Source: a virus
Lineage: Duplodnaviria > Caudoviricetes
IMG/VR virus record: IMGVR_UViG_3300011774_000001
Location: 64,001 to 128,000 of that record
Length of the DNA stretch: 64,000 bases
Strand: one strand, 5' to 3'
The notes beneath the pieces are model-generated. The model was not told the DNA's origin, did no database searches, and saw only the letters and a program-made list of their open reading frames with translations. Shown one piece after another: positions 47,971-57,730 of the stretch. The position numbers were made by a program, and so were the translations under genes. Every line of letters begins with the position of its first letter. The stretch's first letter is position 1.

Positions 47971-49062
47971 TTACACGGAACCAAGACTGAGAGAGGTAAA
48001 GACCGTCGCCAAAGCAGGCTTACGACCTACTGTGAGCGTGTATGTGCCCTTAAAGAGCGGAGAGCTGGCCTTTGCCTGCAGCGTCAGTGTAAACGTCGTC
48101 AGGCTGTCCTGAGCGACCACAGGGAGATCTTCCACATCGTAGATGGTGAAGGGGATGCCTGTGATGGCTTGGATGGTTGGCAAGATGTGATGGATCGTTG
48201 TATCCTCCAAGACCTTGGTGGTCGTGGGGAATGTGAAGGCCGACATCCCTGCCAGATCCAGACGATTGTAGAACACCTTGTGCGACTGGGTACTCTGGCC
48301 GTCAGCGCTTGGGTAGGACACGTCCCGCTGGATCTCGCGGATACTGGAAGGTCCTGGGTTGAGCGATGCAGTATTGGCGAAGGTCACACCCGCTGCTGCC
48401 ACAGTCCGACCCAGTACGGTATTCAGCTGTGCAACAAAGGCCGCTTTGGCAAAGTACGCTGGCAACGCCGCCAAGGTGGCTGGCCAAGCCAGTCCTGCAA
48501 ACTCCCAGTCACGATCGGACGGACACATCCAACCCACGTTGATCTGGGTACCCGGTTGGAAGTACATCGAGTTGGCAGAGGCTTCCAGTGTGCAAGGACC
48601 ATCTTGGGGGATGGGTGCAGACTTGAAGTCAGAGGGGGTTAGTGCTGTGCCGAAGGTGGTGTTGAAACGTGTCACCACCTGATCGGTTGTGGTCATGACC
48701 TTGTCGTACTTGAGGATGTCGAGATCCCGATTCACGACAATCTCTTTTGCAGGGAACCGGTAGTACGCAAAATCCATGTTACCACGGTAACCAGAACTTG
48801 GTTTGAACACCACATTCAGCTTGGTGTTGAAACGGTCCTTGACCTCAGCCACAGGTACACCCAGCGTCAGATCGGCGGCAACGAAACCTTTTTGATGGGT
48901 CACGTTGATCGAGTCAATGATGTGCTGGGTAACCTCGACCTTGAACGGGTCTGTGGGGAGGGTGGACAAAACAGCGTAGGCCGCGACCTGATCCACCCGC
49001 AACACATCCGGCTGCTTAAGGATCGCGTAGGCCGCGACCTGATCAACTTTTACAGTTGCCAT
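47971..49062 (-). CDS. Fibre-family adaptor with two N-terminal VDQVAAYA repeats and tandem A domains
   Basis: VKVDQVAAYAIL/LRVDQVAAYAVL; FNT..YRG..F.YYR and FYNRLDL. Confidence 0.7.
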   Translation of the reverse strand: MATVKVDQVAAYAILKQPDVLRVDQVAAYAVLSTLPTDPFKVEVTQHIIDSINVTHQKGFVAADLTLGVPVAEVKDRFNTKLNVVFKPSSGYRGNMDFAYYRFPAKEIVVNRDLDILKYDKVMTTTDQVVTRFNTTFGTALTPSDFKSAPIPQDGPCTLEASANSMYFQPGTQINVGWMCPSDRDWEFAGLAWPATLAALPAYFAKAAFVAQLNTVLGRTVAAAGVTFANTASLNPGPSSIREIQRDVSYPSADGQSTQSHKVFYNRLDLAGMSAFTFPTTTKVLEDTTIHHILPTIQAITGIPFTIYDVEDLPVVAQDSLTTFTLTLQAKASSPLFKGTYTLTVGRKPALATVFTSLSLGSV

Positions 49063-49073
49063 CGACGTTCACC

Positions 49074-50210
49074 TTAAGAAGTGGCTGCCAACTTGACGGA
49101 GTATTTGTCAAGCTCTGTTTTGGCAGGTGTGGCGGCAATCGACTTGAACGCCATGCGGCGAGCAAAGCCCGTGGTCAACAGATTGCTACGGGTAAGGTCG
49201 AAGGTTTGCTGGAAAGAGGCGGTCAGGTTCTGTTCCGACGCACCACTCTTGAGCAGGTCCCCACGCAGGTTTGAAGTACCACTCGAACCCAACGCATCTA
49301 CCTGCACCATGATCGCCTTGACGCTGTCCTGATCACTGATACCAGTGGTGTCGAAAGTCACCAGACCATTGGCATCAGTGTCGGTCACGTTGACGGTGGT
49401 TGGGGCTGCGTCTGGGGTACCGAAAGCCAGGTGCGTGTCGTTGAACGATTCGACAATGGTCTTGCCCGCAGTGTTGGGTGTCCAGGTGGGGGCGTTGACC
49501 GCCTTGACTGGCATGTTTTTGAGAACAACAGGGCCGACCTTCTTGACCATGTCGTTGGCCGCGATCTCGGACAGGATAATGTCCTTGAAAGCGTCTTCAC
49601 GATACTGCTCGGCATAACCACCGGCCTGGTTGGTACGCACACCAATCCAGAAGGCCACCAACGAGGCACCCGCCGTAAGCCTTGAGGAAACAGACATGGT
49701 CTTGAGATAAACGTTGTCGCGATAGACGATGACCTCGCCGGTGTCGCGATCCACGGTGATCTCGAAGTAATGACTGTTTCCTACCACGCTAGGAGCTGCC
49801 CAGTCTGTTCCCAACACGATCGACAGGGGCTGCAGGGAGTCAGAAAGACGAAGGCCCGCACTGGCCACCAGACTGGTAGATCCAACGCTACCGTTGAATG
49901 TCACACGGAACCCGAAGGACAACATGGTCTTGGTGGCCTGAATGCCGACTTCGGCATTCTCCAGAAGCGCCTCTACGGTCGCGGTGTATAAACCACCGGA
50001 GTAGTTGGACAGGTTTCGAGCGCGGACAACCAATGCATCTGGGTCGTTACCCTTACGAACACCAAAGGTAGATCCCGTTGGAGCGTAGGCGTAGGGGTCG
50101 GTGTAACCAACGGTCATCCGACTACCCACTACCTGACCCACATAGGGAGTGTTGGTGTTGAAGATGTTGGTGGGCGCTTTGGCAAACCCGTAGGAATCAA
50201 TGATGCGCAT
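49074..50210 (-). CDS. Putative receptor-binding protein, ConA/LamG-like lectin fold
   Basis: YFEITVDR....IVYRDN; DIIL....KVGP. Confidence 0.65.
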   Translation of the reverse strand: MRIIDSYGFAKAPTNIFNTNTPYVGQVVGSRMTVGYTDPYAYAPTGSTFGVRKGNDPDALVVRARNLSNYSGGLYTATVEALLENAEVGIQATKTMLSFGFRVTFNGSVGSTSLVASAGLRLSDSLQPLSIVLGTDWAAPSVVGNSHYFEITVDRDTGEVIVYRDNVYLKTMSVSSRLTAGASLVAFWIGVRTNQAGGYAEQYREDAFKDIILSEIAANDMVKKVGPVVLKNMPVKAVNAPTWTPNTAGKTIVESFNDTHLAFGTPDAAPTTVNVTDTDANGLVTFDTTGISDQDSVKAIMVQVDALGSSGTSNLRGDLLKSGASEQNLTASFQQTFDLTRSNLLTTGFARRMAFKSIAATPAKTELDKYSVKLAATS

Positions 50211-50225
50211 GCTGAACTCCTAGGC

Positions 50226-50549
50226 TTAGTTGCCGTAGTGCATGTACAGGCGGCGGCTGTCCCGACCTTCCAGATCCTGGAGGCGAATACCTACCACGCG
50301 CTTGAACAAGGGGTTGGTGGGCAGCATCGTGTCGTTGTCACCGGTGTAGATGACTTCGGCATTCTGCAGAGAGGTCAGACCATCGCCAGCCGGCACCCAC
50401 TGACCTTGGGAATCAGTCGGGTCGTACTCGCCCAATGCGGCAGAGAGGGTCATGATTTGTTCGTCCGAGAGTGGACCTACTTCCAGCTCATCCAAGAAGT
50501 CCTTGAACGGGGAGAAGTCAACGCGGAAGAAGTTGGGCAAAATTTGCAT
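50226..50549 (-). CDS. Stand-alone fibre-family domain B
   Basis: DFS..., SL.NA.VIY.G.N, TN..FKRV, LYMHYGN. Confidence 0.65.
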   Translation of the reverse strand: MQILPNFFRVDFSPFKDFLDELEVGPLSDEQIMTLSAALGEYDPTDSQGQWVPAGDGLTSLQNAEVIYTGDNDTMLPTNPLFKRVVGIRLQDLEGRDSRRLYMHYGN

Positions 50550-50551
50550 GG

Positions 50552-51049
50552 TTAACTCCAGTCGAAATAAGAGCTGGTGATGGCTGCCGAGATTGGTGGA
50601 AGACCACCACTATTGAGCGTACAGCTACCTTTCCAGAAGATGCCCGTGGCTTTTGCAGTCAGGGGGATCTTGAACGTTCCGTCACCGTTGTCGACCAGTG
50701 CTGCATCTTCGACGTCATTGGCGTCCAGAAGAACGCCCCACGTTTTGAGGATGTAGGGGAAGCAGTCGTAAACACGAGTAGCTCCAGTCAGCACGGTGGT
50801 GGGTGCGGGGGCTGCACTGTTGCCCAGATGCGCCAGATCAACGCGGGTGTACTTGAACGAACGGTAGTCCTTGTACGTGGGGTTGGTCCCCTGCGCGGTG
50901 AGTTTGATTTTGGTATCAAACCCTTCTGGATCATTCACCAAGGCACTGGGGGTAGAGAACACCCAGAGGTCGGGCGACGAATACGTCAGAGAGTGGATGG
51001 CCTGCAACTGAATGAGCAGGCTGATCTTGGAACCTTGTTTCAAGTCCAT
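50552..51049 (-). CDS. Stand-alone fibre-family domain A
   Basis: FDTKIKL...Y....F.Y.RVDL; W.G. Confidence 0.65.
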   Translation of the reverse strand: MDLKQGSKISLLIQLQAIHSLTYSSPDLWVFSTPSALVNDPEGFDTKIKLTAQGTNPTYKDYRSFKYTRVDLAHLGNSAAPAPTTVLTGATRVYDCFPYILKTWGVLLDANDVEDAALVDNGDGTFKIPLTAKATGIFWKGSCTLNSGGLPPISAAITSSYFDWS

Positions 51050-51056
51050 GGTTCAC

Positions 51057-51950
51057 CTACACCTTGTAATGAAGCAGGAATTTACCCACGAACCAACCAC
51101 CTGCAGCAGGCGGCGTAATCACCACCACGTTGTTGTAGTCTGTGGAGTTTGCCTCAGGCACGTTGACGTTGGGTAGGGCATACTTGATGCAGCGAGCATC
51201 TTGCATACCGAACTTCGTGGCAGCATCAACATAAGCGTTGAGCTTGCGGCCCGAGACCAGACTCATGTACCCAACCAAGTCCTTGGCCATAGCAGTCGCC
51301 GGCAAGACACGTAGAGTGGTCAGAGTCTGCAGCAGTGCACTGAACTTGGAGAAGTCAGCCCCGTAGGTCATGAAGTCTGCCAAGTTATCTGGATTGCCAC
51401 CTGGAGCCACACCGCTGACCAATGTCAACAGAGCTGGGGTGGTGGCAGGAACCTGTTCACTGACTGGTTTCTTGGTGGCCTTGCGGTTCCATCGGAACGA
51501 CCCAATCCAAGCCGGGTTGGTGGCTGGGAAGCCCCAGATGTACGCAGTGCCCAATGCAGCGGTGACTACAGCGCGGTCAGCATCGCTGGCAATGAAGTTG
51601 GTGCCGTACTTCTGGTTGATCCAGCGCATGGCTGATTCTACCTTGATGGCAGCGCCGTTCATGTCTGATGGTGTGGCGTAATCGTCAATTATTGGCACGC
51701 CTTGTTGGAACAAGACGTCCGAAGACATGCGACGATAGGTGAGCACCGTGGTGGCCATGTAGCCAGAACCAGCCTTTGGCATCACAGAGATCTGTGTGTT
51801 GCGAATCCCCTGACCAGTGATCGCTGCCGGAACACCCAAACGACAGTTATCTGGCGTGAGTTTGTACGGCAGCTGAGGATTGTCCCGATTGATCAAGTCA
51901 AAGACCAATTCGGCAGATGTTTTTCGATAGTCTAAGTCCATCTTCTTCAT
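51057..51950 (-). CDS. Fibre-family paralog (A+B)
   Basis: RNT...Y.....YRR; ends GKFLLHYKV. Confidence 0.7.
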   Translation of the reverse strand: MKKMDLDYRKTSAELVFDLINRDNPQLPYKLTPDNCRLGVPAAITGQGIRNTQISVMPKAGSGYMATTVLTYRRMSSDVLFQQGVPIIDDYATPSDMNGAAIKVESAMRWINQKYGTNFIASDADRAVVTAALGTAYIWGFPATNPAWIGSFRWNRKATKKPVSEQVPATTPALLTLVSGVAPGGNPDNLADFMTYGADFSKFSALLQTLTTLRVLPATAMAKDLVGYMSLVSGRKLNAYVDAATKFGMQDARCIKYALPNVNVPEANSTDYNNVVVITPPAAGGWFVGKFLLHYKV

Positions 51951-51991
51951 CCCAGTTGGAAGGGGCCGGGGAATACCCGGCCACTATGCCG

Positions 51992-52876
51992 TCAGTCCGC
52001 CGAGTTCGGGTTATCCGGGTCGTTGAAGTGCAGGTAGAAACGGCCGGTTGGTGTGGTTACACCAGCACGCAGTTCCAAACACATCACGTACTTGTACGAC
52101 TGGTTGGTGGGAAAGACCATGGAGTTCAGACCACAGAAGATCACATTGGCGCCGTTGAGCGACCAGGTGTTGCTGCTGTCGGAGTTATTCCACAGCGCAG
52201 CGCCTGGACCCTGATCGAGTGCCTTGAGTGCTGTCACCAAAATGTCGGCGTTAGCAGAAGACAGTACGCCTTCAGCCATGGCCAGCAATTGATCCCGGTA
52301 GCCTGTTAGGTTGAGCGGGTAGGTGTACAGCAGTGCCGAGGTCTGGGTCGCCGGGTCGGCCACTGGATAGTTCAAACCATTCAACGCCTTGACCGTGGTC
52401 AGGGTGTCGATGTTTGCACCACCTTGAACAACGTCAAAGGACAATTGACCCAGCCACAGTGGCGAGGTGTCCTTGGCTTTGATAGTCACCGTACCAGCAC
52501 CCTGCGCATCCAACACCACAGGCTCACTGAGAATATCCTGCGGACCCAGCACAAGGCCGAAGTAGTACAGGATGTTCGACAGCAGGTCGAGGGTGGTTGC
52601 AGGCTGGTATACCGGCAATGGGCGGGTAGGGCGGAACTTGGCGAAGTCTGCCAAAGTAAGACGATCGTACTTGACGGTCGTCTTACCTTCAAACCCAGCA
52701 CCCTGCTTAGGAGTTACCTTGGCGTAGGTGTTCTTGGTGGTGGTACCTTCCATCCACGTCCCTGCGATCGGTTTGGGATCTGACCAGGCGAGGTTGGTTG
52801 CAGTGAACTGCGTGGTACTGTTGGCCGCATTCAAATAGTTGAAGAGGGCCTGCTTGGAATCTACGAAAACAGACAT
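51992..52876 (-). CDS. Fibre-family paralog (A+B)
   Basis: KNT..G....YDRL; LNGLNYP; GRFYLHFN. Confidence 0.7.
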   Translation of the reverse strand: MSVFVDSKQALFNYLNAANSTTQFTATNLAWSDPKPIAGTWMEGTTTKNTYAKVTPKQGAGFEGKTTVKYDRLTLADFAKFRPTRPLPVYQPATTLDLLSNILYYFGLVLGPQDILSEPVVLDAQGAGTVTIKAKDTSPLWLGQLSFDVVQGGANIDTLTTVKALNGLNYPVADPATQTSALLYTYPLNLTGYRDQLLAMAEGVLSSANADILVTALKALDQGPGAALWNNSDSSNTWSLNGANVIFCGLNSMVFPTNQSYKYVMCLELRAGVTTPTGRFYLHFNDPDNPNSAD

Positions 52877-52888
52877 GGCTGCCTCCTC

Positions 52889-53776
52889 TTAAAGGTTGAA
52901 GTACAGAATCCACTTGCCTGCAAGGCGTGGGTTGCTGGCGTCGGAGACCGTGAGGATCTTCGCGTAGGCGAAGCCCGGCTTGTTGGCCTCGGGGTGAGCA
53001 GCGCTCGGCAGTGCCACACCAGCGAACGTGCCGTTGGACATGTTCCAAGGCGCAGTGTCGGCGTTGTAGGTGCCGATGGCGATCGGCCAACTGGTCTGAC
53101 GCTGAATCTCGGCGATCACGCCGCCAGCACCACTGAGGTTGACACTGCCGCCAGCCGTCCAACCCTGGGCCAGAGCGTACTCGGTGAAGTCCAGCCCCGC
53201 GAACACAAACTCAGGACGCAGGCTGCGATCTGGTTTGGCCACGAAGTCGTTACCGCCTGGCCATTGACCACCGTCCAATTCAGTGACTGTCAGGATGTCG
53301 ATACCAATCTGCTGTAGACCACGGTTCCAGGTAACGGTGAAGCTACCCACATAAGCCAAGTTGTCAGCCACGGCCGACCACACACGCGGAGTAGCGTTCT
53401 GGCTGTAGCTCCAAGCAGCGCCAGAGATGCCAGACACTGTCAGGTTCACACCGTACAACTGGTTGACGTAACCGATAGCCTGAGCCATGGTCATGGTGGC
53501 ACCGTCGTTCAGCCAGCGTGTGAAGGCGATGTTGTTACCACGGAACAGACTGGTCAGGTCACGGCGACGATACAGAACTTCCAATACGCCTCGGTACTTA
53601 CTGGACGACTTGGCCGTGATTTTGAGTTTGGTGTTACGGCCGAAACTGTCAGCGGCCACAACAACCGGTTTACCGAAGATGAAATCGGTGGAATTGATGG
53701 GCCATGGCAGCGTCGGGTTATCCGCGTTGATCTGCGCGATGGCCTCTTCGAGAGGACTGCCTGTGAGAATTGGCAT
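52889..53776 (-). CDS. Fibre-family paralog (A+B)
   Basis: GRNT..YRG...YRRRDL; GKWILYFN. Confidence 0.7.
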   Translation of the reverse strand: MPILTGSPLEEAIAQINADNPTLPWPINSTDFIFGKPVVVAADSFGRNTKLKITAKSSSKYRGVLEVLYRRRDLTSLFRGNNIAFTRWLNDGATMTMAQAIGYVNQLYGVNLTVSGISGAAWSYSQNATPRVWSAVADNLAYVGSFTVTWNRGLQQIGIDILTVTELDGGQWPGGNDFVAKPDRSLRPEFVFAGLDFTEYALAQGWTAGGSVNLSGAGGVIAEIQRQTSWPIAIGTYNADTAPWNMSNGTFAGVALPSAAHPEANKPGFAYAKILTVSDASNPRLAGKWILYFNL

Positions 53777-53786
53777 GTGCTTTTAC

Positions 53787-54554
53787 CTAGGCTGGATTGT
53801 AGTGGAAGTACATGGCGCCTTGTAGGAGGCCGCTCTGCACAGTCGACTGAATAACGACACGTTGGAACGCAGGGTTGGCATCTGGTACTTCTGCCGTTGC
53901 CTTGTCCACAACCTTGCCTTTAACCCAGTCAGGGATACCCATGGCACGAGCCACTGTTTGAACGAGCGCCCAATCGGAATACTCGCCTTTGGCAGTTGGT
54001 TTCAATGCGTCTTGGATACCAGAGAAGTCCGCACCCCAGGTCCACATCCGGCTCGATTGTCGGTTGGTGGCGTTAGGGTGTTTGAAGATGTCCAGATCGG
54101 TCGTACCAATCATCGAGTCCAGCCACGAAGGACCGAACGACAGATTAAGGTCCAGACCACCGAACCACTGCAGCGAGGTCTCTGCAATCTCGATACGCGA
54201 AGAGATCGCCTCACCATCACCCAGCACAGGTGGGGTGTACTCTTCGAAGTCTTCGGGGTTGATGTCTAGGCCAAACTTGTTAGACAGGCCCAGCACAATC
54301 ATTTCACGGGTCATGGTTTCCAGAGAACGGAAATCAAAAGACGTCACGTAATCTGCCAGATCCATGCGGTCATAGTAGACATCGACTTCACCGTAGTAGC
54401 CACGCCCCGGAATACCAGAGATGGTCACCAACGTGTTACGGTCGTGCTCTGTGGTCGGCTGGGGTACCGAGAACGAGAGCCGCTTTTCCGTGAACTCCTT
54501 GGGTGGAGTGAACATGTCGTTTAGAACGACAAACATCCGTTCGGCGTTAGCCAT
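53787..54554 (-). CDS. Fibre-family paralog (A+B)
   Basis: RNT..YYG...YYDRMDL; GAMYFHYN. Confidence 0.7.
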   Translation of the reverse strand: MANAERMFVVLNDMFTPPKEFTEKRLSFSVPQPTTEHDRNTLVTISGIPGRGYYGEVDVYYDRMDLADYVTSFDFRSLETMTREMIVLGLSNKFGLDINPEDFEEYTPPVLGDGEAISSRIEIAETSLQWFGGLDLNLSFGPSWLDSMIGTTDLDIFKHPNATNRQSSRMWTWGADFSGIQDALKPTAKGEYSDWALVQTVARAMGIPDWVKGKVVDKATAEVPDANPAFQRVVIQSTVQSGLLQGAMYFHYNPA

Positions 54555-54564
54555 GGTTCACCCC

Positions 54565-55407
54565 CTATGCCAGGTCTGGATCGGGTTCATTAAAGTGAAG
54601 CGTCAGCTCACCTGTCATGCCCAAGCAGTTGGCATCCACCAACACGACTTTAATGAAGCGATCGTATTTGGGATTGGCTTCCGTTGGATGGTCGGCACAG
54701 ATACCCACCATGCGGATCGTGGCACCTGCCAAACTGAAACGACTGATACCTTCGGTCTTCCAGTCATCCCCCGTCTGTGTTTTGAGCAGAGGGCCCAATA
54801 CCTCAAGAGGGGCGTCGCCCACCACAATGTCCTTGAGCTGCTCGTAGGAGGTCGTGAAGTCACGCCAGTACGAATAGATCTGGGCATACGGTCGAGTAGT
54901 AGTAGCCGCTGGATAACGCAGGCCGTTGAGACGGGTCACTTTGAGGTAATCCGCCAACTGGTAGCCACCCGGACGGGTACCCACCGAGACAGTGCCAGTC
55001 CACGCCAAGCTGGTAGGCAATGCCTCCAACTCAACCACGGCGTTGTGCACTTTCTCTTCGTCGGTCAATGCACGGATCAATACATCTTTATCCGTGAGCA
55101 GCGTACCGTAGCGTTTGTTCATGGCCGCGATGATGTCGCTGGTGCTTTGCGGCTCTTTGACCGGCACCATCAGGGTCACTTGCGCAGCCAAGTCGGACAA
55201 TGGGTTGCGATGGTAGCGGAACGTCTCGGAACCGGAGTACGCTGTCTCTTGGTTTTTGGCAGTGAGTACGATCGTCGTGTTGAACTGCCCTACCGGAGTA
55301 ATCGCGATAGGTGCTTCGAAGATGTATTCACTGGCCACCAAGTCAAGCTTGTTCAGCCGGTTGATCGATTCCACCATCACATCCAAAGAGGGTTTATAAA
55401 GCGACAT
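54565..55407 (-). CDS. Fibre-family paralog (A+B)
   Basis: FNT..YSG...YHR; LNGLRYP; GELTLHFN. Confidence 0.7.
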   Translation of the reverse strand: MSLYKPSLDVMVESINRLNKLDLVASEYIFEAPIAITPVGQFNTTIVLTAKNQETAYSGSETFRYHRNPLSDLAAQVTLMVPVKEPQSTSDIIAAMNKRYGTLLTDKDVLIRALTDEEKVHNAVVELEALPTSLAWTGTVSVGTRPGGYQLADYLKVTRLNGLRYPAATTTRPYAQIYSYWRDFTTSYEQLKDIVVGDAPLEVLGPLLKTQTGDDWKTEGISRFSLAGATIRMVGICADHPTEANPKYDRFIKVVLVDANCLGMTGELTLHFNEPDPDLA

Positions 55408-55418
55408 AATCGTGCCCT

Positions 55419-56252
55419 TTAGGAAGTGAGGTTATAGTGGAAGTAGGCGATACCCGAGTAATCCATGGTTTGCACGTTGGCAATATCCTTGATTACCTGA
55501 ACAAGCACTCGATCGTAGTCCTTGTTAGCTTCCGGTACTTGTGCCGTACTGTAGTCGTACATGGGATTGTTCCACGCCACTGGCCAGTTCGAGTAACCGA
55601 ACGAAGCCATCAGTGTCCGCATGGCGTTCCCGTCGTTAACGATGTTGTAGAACGGGTGCTTGCGAACTTTGGCGTAATGCTCCGACCAGTCTTCACTGTA
55701 AGTGAACAACGTGATCGGTCGCTTGTTCAGCGTGTCCAGCGTTTGACCCGGATGCAGCATGACATCCAGATCGCGTACGGCAACGACCTCAGACAACAGA
55801 GGGCGCCGGCGGGTAAAGCGAATAACAAACTGGCCGATGTAGGACAATGAAGTGGTCAGGGCGACGAGGGGGATGTTGACCTCTTCGTTTTCGCCCAACC
55901 AGCTGTAGTCAACCTGCTCGAAGTCGTCGACATCCAATTGGATGCCCAACTCTTGGCCGATATACGGCAACATCGAGTGCAGGTTTCCGTTACTCAGCCC
56001 ATTGATACGGGGACGGATATCACCAAACGCGCTTGTAAGGTCCATCCGCTCGTACTCAACGGGGACCATGCCTTCATAGGTCGTATCGGGAATCGGCACA
56101 ACGACACTACGGACCAGGGTAGGTAGGGGACCCTGGACAAACTTAGGCGTGGTAAAAAGCACATCGTCCGGGCTCAACGGGGAGGGAAGGACATTCTGCT
56201 GATTGATGAGATCAACTAAAACGTCCCTGCCCTTTCCAGGGACAAGGATCAT
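55419..56252 (-). CDS. Fibre-family paralog (A+B)
   Basis: Start moved to 56252 (SD CAGGAG); YEG...YERMDL; GIAYFHYN. Confidence 0.7.
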   Translation of the reverse strand: MILVPGKGRDVLVDLINQQNVLPSPLSPDDVLFTTPKFVQGPLPTLVRSVVVPIPDTTYEGMVPVEYERMDLTSAFGDIRPRINGLSNGNLHSMLPYIGQELGIQLDVDDFEQVDYSWLGENEEVNIPLVALTTSLSYIGQFVIRFTRRRPLLSEVVAVRDLDVMLHPGQTLDTLNKRPITLFTYSEDWSEHYAKVRKHPFYNIVNDGNAMRTLMASFGYSNWPVAWNNPMYDYSTAQVPEANKDYDRVLVQVIKDIANVQTMDYSGIAYFHYNLTS

Positions 56253-56348
56253 TTTTCTCTCCTGAAACCGTGATCTGAAGGGAAGGAATGTGTGCCGGAT
56301 GGGAAACATTCACATAGGATTAGCCCTTGCTGAAATAAGATAGGTAAG

Positions 56349-56381
56349 GGCATAAAAGAGAGTGGCCCGCAGGCCACTCTC
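56349..56381 (-). terminator. Hairpin + TTTTATGCC
   Basis: Minus strand GAGAGTGGCC-TGCG-GGCCACTCTC-TTTTATGCC. Confidence 0.65.
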
Positions 56382-56403
56382 CCACGAGTCCTTTCGCACC
56401 GCC

Positions 56404-56958
56404 TTACGGGCCAGCCGGAGGGGTTGGGTAGTTCAGACCGCTCAGGGTGGTCACGGTGATCACGTCGGACAATGGGATGTCTTCGGCGGTCAGGGTCACG
56501 CTCAGGGATTCCAGGAAGACGTAGGAGTCTGCGTCTGCCGGGATCTGGATGACCTTGGTTTCGTTGGGAGTACCTTCCCAATCACCGATGTCGCCGTCGA
56601 TGTAATCGTCGACGGTCAGGTTGATGCCGAGTGCAGTGTTGATCTCGTCGATCAGGTCTGCGAACTTGACAGCGTCACCTACCGGAATCTCCAACGCGCC
56701 GGTGATACCAGCGGCGGCGATGAAGCCGTCGAGGGCCAGACGGTTGTAGTTCACGCTGACTGCACCGGTGTAACCCGAGTTAGCCAGAGCAGTTACTTCC
56801 AGGGAGGTGTTGGCCACTGGATTTTCGCCAGTCGCCGCCTGTGGGACACCCAGCGCCATTACAGTGCTGGAGATGGTCTTACCGGGGTTGTCGAAGTTGA
56901 TGAGATCGAAAATGATCTCCTTCGGGGCTTTCTTGAAGTCACTGACATGGAGGGCCAT
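56404..56958 (-). CDS. Fibre-family paralog (domain A + tail), probably abundant
   Basis: ATG 56958; ANT..GYTG...YNRL.L; ends LSGLNYP; strong codon bias. Confidence 0.7.
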   Translation of the reverse strand: MALHVSDFKKAPKEIIFDLINFDNPGKTISSTVMALGVPQAATGENPVANTSLEVTALANSGYTGAVSVNYNRLALDGFIAAAGITGALEIPVGDAVKFADLIDEINTALGINLTVDDYIDGDIGDWEGTPNETKVIQIPADADSYVFLESLSVTLTAEDIPLSDVITVTTLSGLNYPTPPAGP

Positions 56959-57058
56959 GGGGACACCTTTTTGGTTGCTGCATGATGGAAAAGGACCCGT
57001 TAGTAAAGGGCCACATATCATAGTAAAGTTATAGACAACCGCCTACCCGGAGACAACA

Positions 57059-57730
57059 ATGCAGGGGCTATTCATTACGTTGGAGGCTACAGAGGGTGCT
57101 GGCAAGGGCACTTCTCGTGGTTTCCTCGACGACTGTTTTAAGGCCTCTGGCCGAATGACCACACTAACGCGTGAGCCGGGTGGCACTCCATTTGCTGAAC
57201 GCATTCGAGAATTGCTACTAGCGCCCAGCGATGAGCCGGTGTGCAATGAAACTGAACTGTTGTTGATGTTTGGTTCTCGCATGCAACACATTCACAGCGT
57301 AATCAACCGGTATGTGGAAATGGGGTCTGTGGTGCTCTGTGAGCGATTTACCGACAGCACCTATGCGTATCAGCATTACGCCCGTGGAATGCCTAAGGCG
57401 TTAATTGACGGCCTTGTGGAGTTACTTAAACCACCTGTGCCTGACTACACCTTCATCCTCGACATCGATCCTGAGATTGGCATGGCCAGGGCCAGTGCTC
57501 GTGGTGTTCTGGATCGTATTGAACAGGAACACATCGACTTCTTCCATCGTGCTCGGAACGGTTTTCTGACACGAGCCAAGGAAGATACTTCAGGGCGTTT
57601 CCGTATTGTCGATGCAACGCCACCGATTCCAGAAGTACGCAAACAATACCTTGATCACCTACTCAACGATAATCTAATTACACCAGAGGCTGCTGCGCTG
57701 GTGAGGGAGAAATACGATGTCGCAGAATAA
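57059..57730 (+). CDS. tmk: Thymidylate kinase
   Basis: FITLE..EGAGK.T P-loop, TREPGGT, (E)RFTDSTYAYQ, LDRIEQE. Confidence 0.95.
   Translation: MQGLFITLEATEGAGKGTSRGFLDDCFKASGRMTTLTREPGGTPFAERIRELLLAPSDEPVCNETELLLMFGSRMQHIHSVINRYVEMGSVVLCERFTDSTYAYQHYARGMPKALIDGLVELLKPPVPDYTFILDIDPEIGMARASARGVLDRIEQEHIDFFHRARNGFLTRAKEDTSGRFRIVDATPPIPEVRKQYLDHLLNDNLITPEAAALVREKYDVAE

Noticed and set aside
44553-56958. Diversity-generating retroelement behind the paralog array
   Set aside because: No reverse transcriptase and no template/variable repeat pair differing at adenines; paralogs are deeply diverged.
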